NCBI GenBank assembly: GCA_963663035.1
Contig: OY760074.1
Span: 2,880,001 to 2,944,000 of the forward strand
Origin: Acidobacteriota bacterium
Lineage (GTDB): Bacteria; Acidobacteriota; UBA6911; RPQK01; JADFOI01
Length of the DNA stretch: 64,000 nucleotides
Reading direction: 5' to 3'
Both the position numbers and the translations under genes were made by a program. Positions 59,775-64,000 of this stretch are shown in pieces. Each line of letters starts with the position of its first letter. The first letter of the stretch is position 1. The notes below the pieces were generated by a model. The model had not been told where the DNA came from. It saw only the letters and a program-made list of their open reading frames with translations, and ran no database searches.

Positions 59775-59866
59775 ACAGACAACGTAATTACCTGTGGAAG
59801 CTGGTGTTTCTCAAGCTTCCACATTTTTTTGAACCTAAAGATTAGCAAGAAAGGAGCATACAGCTG

Positions 59867-60187
59867 ATGAAGATCAAGCCTTTACATGATCGAGTTTTAG
59901 TCAAGCGACTGGGCAACGACGAGGAGGAGATTCGAGGTGGAATTGTCATTCCTGATACGGCCAAGGAAAAACCTCAAGAGGGAGAGGTCGCGGCTGTCGG
60001 GGATGGGAAGGTCCTGGACAGTGGAGACACGGTCAAACCGTCGGTGAAAGAAGGAGACCGGATCCTGTTTGGGAAATATTCGGGGACAGAAGTAAAGATC
60101 GACGATGAAGACTTCCTGATCATGCGCGAGGACGAAATTCTGGGAATTTTGCTCTCCAAGAAAGTCAAGGTCAAGGTTCAGGCATAA
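59867..60187 (+). CDS. groES: Co-chaperonin GroES
   Basis: [25 protein letters not shown]. Confidence 0.97.
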   Translation: MKIKPLHDRVLVKRLGNDEEEIRGGIVIPDTAKEKPQEGEVAAVGDGKVLDSGDTVKPSVKEGDRILFGKYSGTEVKIDDEDFLIMREDEILGILLSKKVKVKVQA

Positions 60188-60236
60188 AGAAGACAAGGAC
60201 TTAGATAACGACTTAAGAAAGTCTTACCCGGTTTAA

Positions 60237-61901
<1,665 letters not shown>

Positions 61902-61942
61902 TCTAAGGCGTCCGCTCTGAGAGCGGACAAGAGAATACTGCA

Positions 61943-61971
61943 GCAGCGCCCGCTTTTAGAGCGGGCGCTGC
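61943..61971 (+). terminator. Hairpin after groEL
   Basis: GCAGCGCCCGCT-TTTAG-AGCGGGCGCTGC; T-rich tract further downstream. Confidence 0.6.
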
Positions 61972-62029
61972 ACACTCCTACCGGGTTTTCCCCTTTTTTC
62001 TTTTTTCTTTTTTCTGCACAATAGCGCCC

Positions 62030-63631
62030 GTGACTCAAAAATGGTCTGTGGCGTTGTTTTGTGGCAGCGTCATCTACCTGACGCTTTTTTATCAGCTGGG
62101 CAACCTGGCCTTTCTCGGTGCGGATGAGCCCCGTTACGCCCGCATTGGCGAGGAAATGAACCTGCGGGACAGCTATATCACTCCAACCCTGAATTTTCGA
62201 CCTTGGCTAGAGAAACCCCCCTTACTGTTCTGGCTGGAGGCGGGTAGTTTCCAACTTTTCGGAGTTCACGAATGGTCGGCCCGACTGCCGGTGGGAATCG
62301 TGGCCCTGCTGTCACTGCTCATGATGGCCCTACTGGCCTTTAAGCTTGCAGGTCCTCGCGTCGCCATTCTCACTGTCTTGATCTTATCCACTTCAATGCT
62401 CTTCGTTGCCTTTGCCCGGGCTGCCAGCACCGATACGCTCCTGGTTGCGCTGCTCAGCGCGGCTATGGTTTGTGGCTTTCAAGCCACCCGCGGCAGCTCC
62501 ATCCTGTGGGCAGGCAGCGCCGGGGTGGCACTAGGTCTTTCCGTGTTGGCCAAAGGACCTGTGGCGGTGGTTCTCTTCGCCGGCATCTTTGGACTTTACT
62601 TTCTGCTTGAACAAGAAATCGGTTGGACCGCGCTACAGATCGCCGTGGCAGCGAGCCTCTTTTTGGTGACGAGTGTTCCCTGGTTTTGGCAGGTTTGGGT
62701 GGAGAATGGATACGATTTCATAGCCACCTTCTGGCTCAATCATCACCTGGCACGCTTTTTCACCGATATCCACCATCACTCCCAACCCTTCTGGTATTAC
62801 CTGGCTGTGGTGGCCTTAGGTTTCTTCCCCTGGGTTTGCTTCCTCGGTTCCGCCTCCTTACGCACCTGGCGGCGGGGCAGGCATCTTCTCAGTTCCGCCT
62901 ACCGCCCTGAACTCTTTCTATGGCTGTGGGTGGGAGTGCCCTTTGTTTTCTTTTCACTCAGTGAGAGCAAACTGGCGGGTTATATTCTGCCAGTGTTCCC
63001 ACCACTGGCTGTGATTGTTGCCATGGAGTGGGAACACTGGCTCAAAGGTGATCTGATTAGCCATCGCCTGATGCCTGCCCAACTCCTGGCGCTGGTAGGA
63101 TATGGCCTGGTTGTGGCTGTTTCATTGATCTGGGGTTCTTACTCGGCATACGGTGCGCTGGGTCTCGGCATCCTTTTGGCCTTACCGATTTTAGGAGGGA
63201 TCACCTGGGCTTACCTTAAGTTCCGGCAACATCGTCCTCTGGCTATCTTCTTGTCCCTGGTGGCAGCTATGACCTTATTTACGGCACTCACCTTTTGGAG
63301 GGCGGCCCCGGTGGTTGATGATTACCACTCCGCTCGAGATCTCAGCCAGCTCATCCTTCCTGAAATCTCCGCCAACGAGCCCTTGCTTCTTTACCGATAT
63401 TTTCATCACACCGCTCATTACTATACGAACTATCAAACTGCCCAGGAATCGTTATCAGATCTGGCAGGACTTCAAGACTACTTTCAAAACCATCCCCAGA
63501 GTCGATATTACATCCTCACTCAGGAATCAGGCTGGCGCCAGCTTCAGCAGCTCGAGCTCAGTCTGGTTCGACATCAGGGTAATCTCTACCTGCTTGAAAT
63601 CACTCCCCCAGTTCCGGAGGAAAACCATTAG
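62030..63631 (+). CDS. ArnT/PMT-like (GT83/GT39) membrane glycosyltransferase
   Basis: DEPRYA, EKPPL, LAKGP, KLAGYILP; many TM helices. Confidence 0.9.
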   Translation: MTQKWSVALFCGSVIYLTLFYQLGNLAFLGADEPRYARIGEEMNLRDSYITPTLNFRPWLEKPPLLFWLEAGSFQLFGVHEWSARLPVGIVALLSLLMMALLAFKLAGPRVAILTVLILSTSMLFVAFARAASTDTLLVALLSAAMVCGFQATRGSSILWAGSAGVALGLSVLAKGPVAVVLFAGIFGLYFLLEQEIGWTALQIAVAASLFLVTSVPWFWQVWVENGYDFIATFWLNHHLARFFTDIHHHSQPFWYYLAVVALGFFPWVCFLGSASLRTWRRGRHLLSSAYRPELFLWLWVGVPFVFFSLSESKLAGYILPVFPPLAVIVAMEWEHWLKGDLISHRLMPAQLLALVGYGLVVAVSLIWGSYSAYGALGLGILLALPILGGITWAYLKFRQHRPLAIFLSLVAAMTLFTALTFWRAAPVVDDYHSARDLSQLILPEISANEPLLLYRYFHHTAHYYTNYQTAQESLSDLAGLQDYFQNHPQSRYYILTQESGWRQLQQLELSLVRHQGNLYLLEITPPVPEENH

Positions 63632-63778
63632 CCCGCAATTCTCACACCCGCTCTACTGCATCGACGCAAGGACCGACCTGACGGTGTTGCGCGACCCGCA
63701 CAAGCGGGTACCCCTCGCGCGCCTTGTCAGGCCGGTCCTTGCGCCGCTTCGCGACGACCTGGTGTGAGAAATGCGGGC
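63630..63778 (+). repeat. Palindromic element type 2, short form
   Basis: Ends AGCCCGCAATTCTCACACC / GGTGTGAGAAATGCGGGC. Confidence 0.88.
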
Positions 63779-63820
63779 GACCAGGGCCCAACATGTTAAG
63801 ATAAGCACTTTACGGTAGGT

Positions 63821-64000
63821 TTGGCCTTAAAACTCCACAACACACTGACATCCGAACTTGAGGAACTGAAGCCTCTGGACGGGAAGACTGTCCGCATGTA
63901 TACGTGCGGGCCCACAGTCTATGATTTTGTCCACATCGGAAATTTCCGAACTTTTGTTTTTCAGGACCTCCTGCGACGCTACATCAAGTACAAGGGTTTT
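63821..64000 (+). CDS. cysS: Cysteine-tRNA ligase, 5' end
   Basis: TTG start; LHNTLT, MYTCGPTVYD, HIGN. Confidence 0.93.
   Translation, partial: MALKLHNTLTSELEELKPLDGKTVRMYTCGPTVYDFVHIGNFRTFVFQDLLRRYIKYKGF

Overview
64 kb of a bacterial chromosome, most likely Acidobacteriota (inference from the MxGxTISHY-type Ser/Thr kinase remnants, the S55 peptidase/beta-propeller pair and the Tes-like radical SAM). (1) 1-10.6 kb is an accessory mosaic around a tRNA-Leu(TAA) 3' fragment (probable att site), with three Ser/Thr kinase gene relics, cassette-like orphan genes and a divergent lgt. (2) 10.7-20.6 kb holds two flavoprotein disulfide reductases and an oxidative pentose-phosphate operon whose first gene (tal-pgi) is cut off at a repeat. 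(3) 20.8-38.8 kb is an aromatic (hydroxycinnamate-type) uptake and catabolism cluster: split ABC transporter, TRAP, ThDP enzyme with a Tat-like leader, ACAD pair, ALDH, HCHL, ADP-forming CoA ligase, tannase/feruloyl esterase. (4) 38.8-64 kb is mostly core: csoR-copZ-copA, M23 peptidase, sixA, PCD, Tes/GDGT-MAS-like radical SAM back-to-back with nfuA, ECF sigma/anti-sigma, a decaying S55 + beta-propeller module, smc, purC, CIRCE-groESL, an ArnT-like glycosyltransferase and the start of cysS. A modular 150-260 bp palindromic element occurs 7 times; its termini co-vary between copies and it supplies stop codons to four genes. All calls come from reading motifs by eye; no database searches were run.
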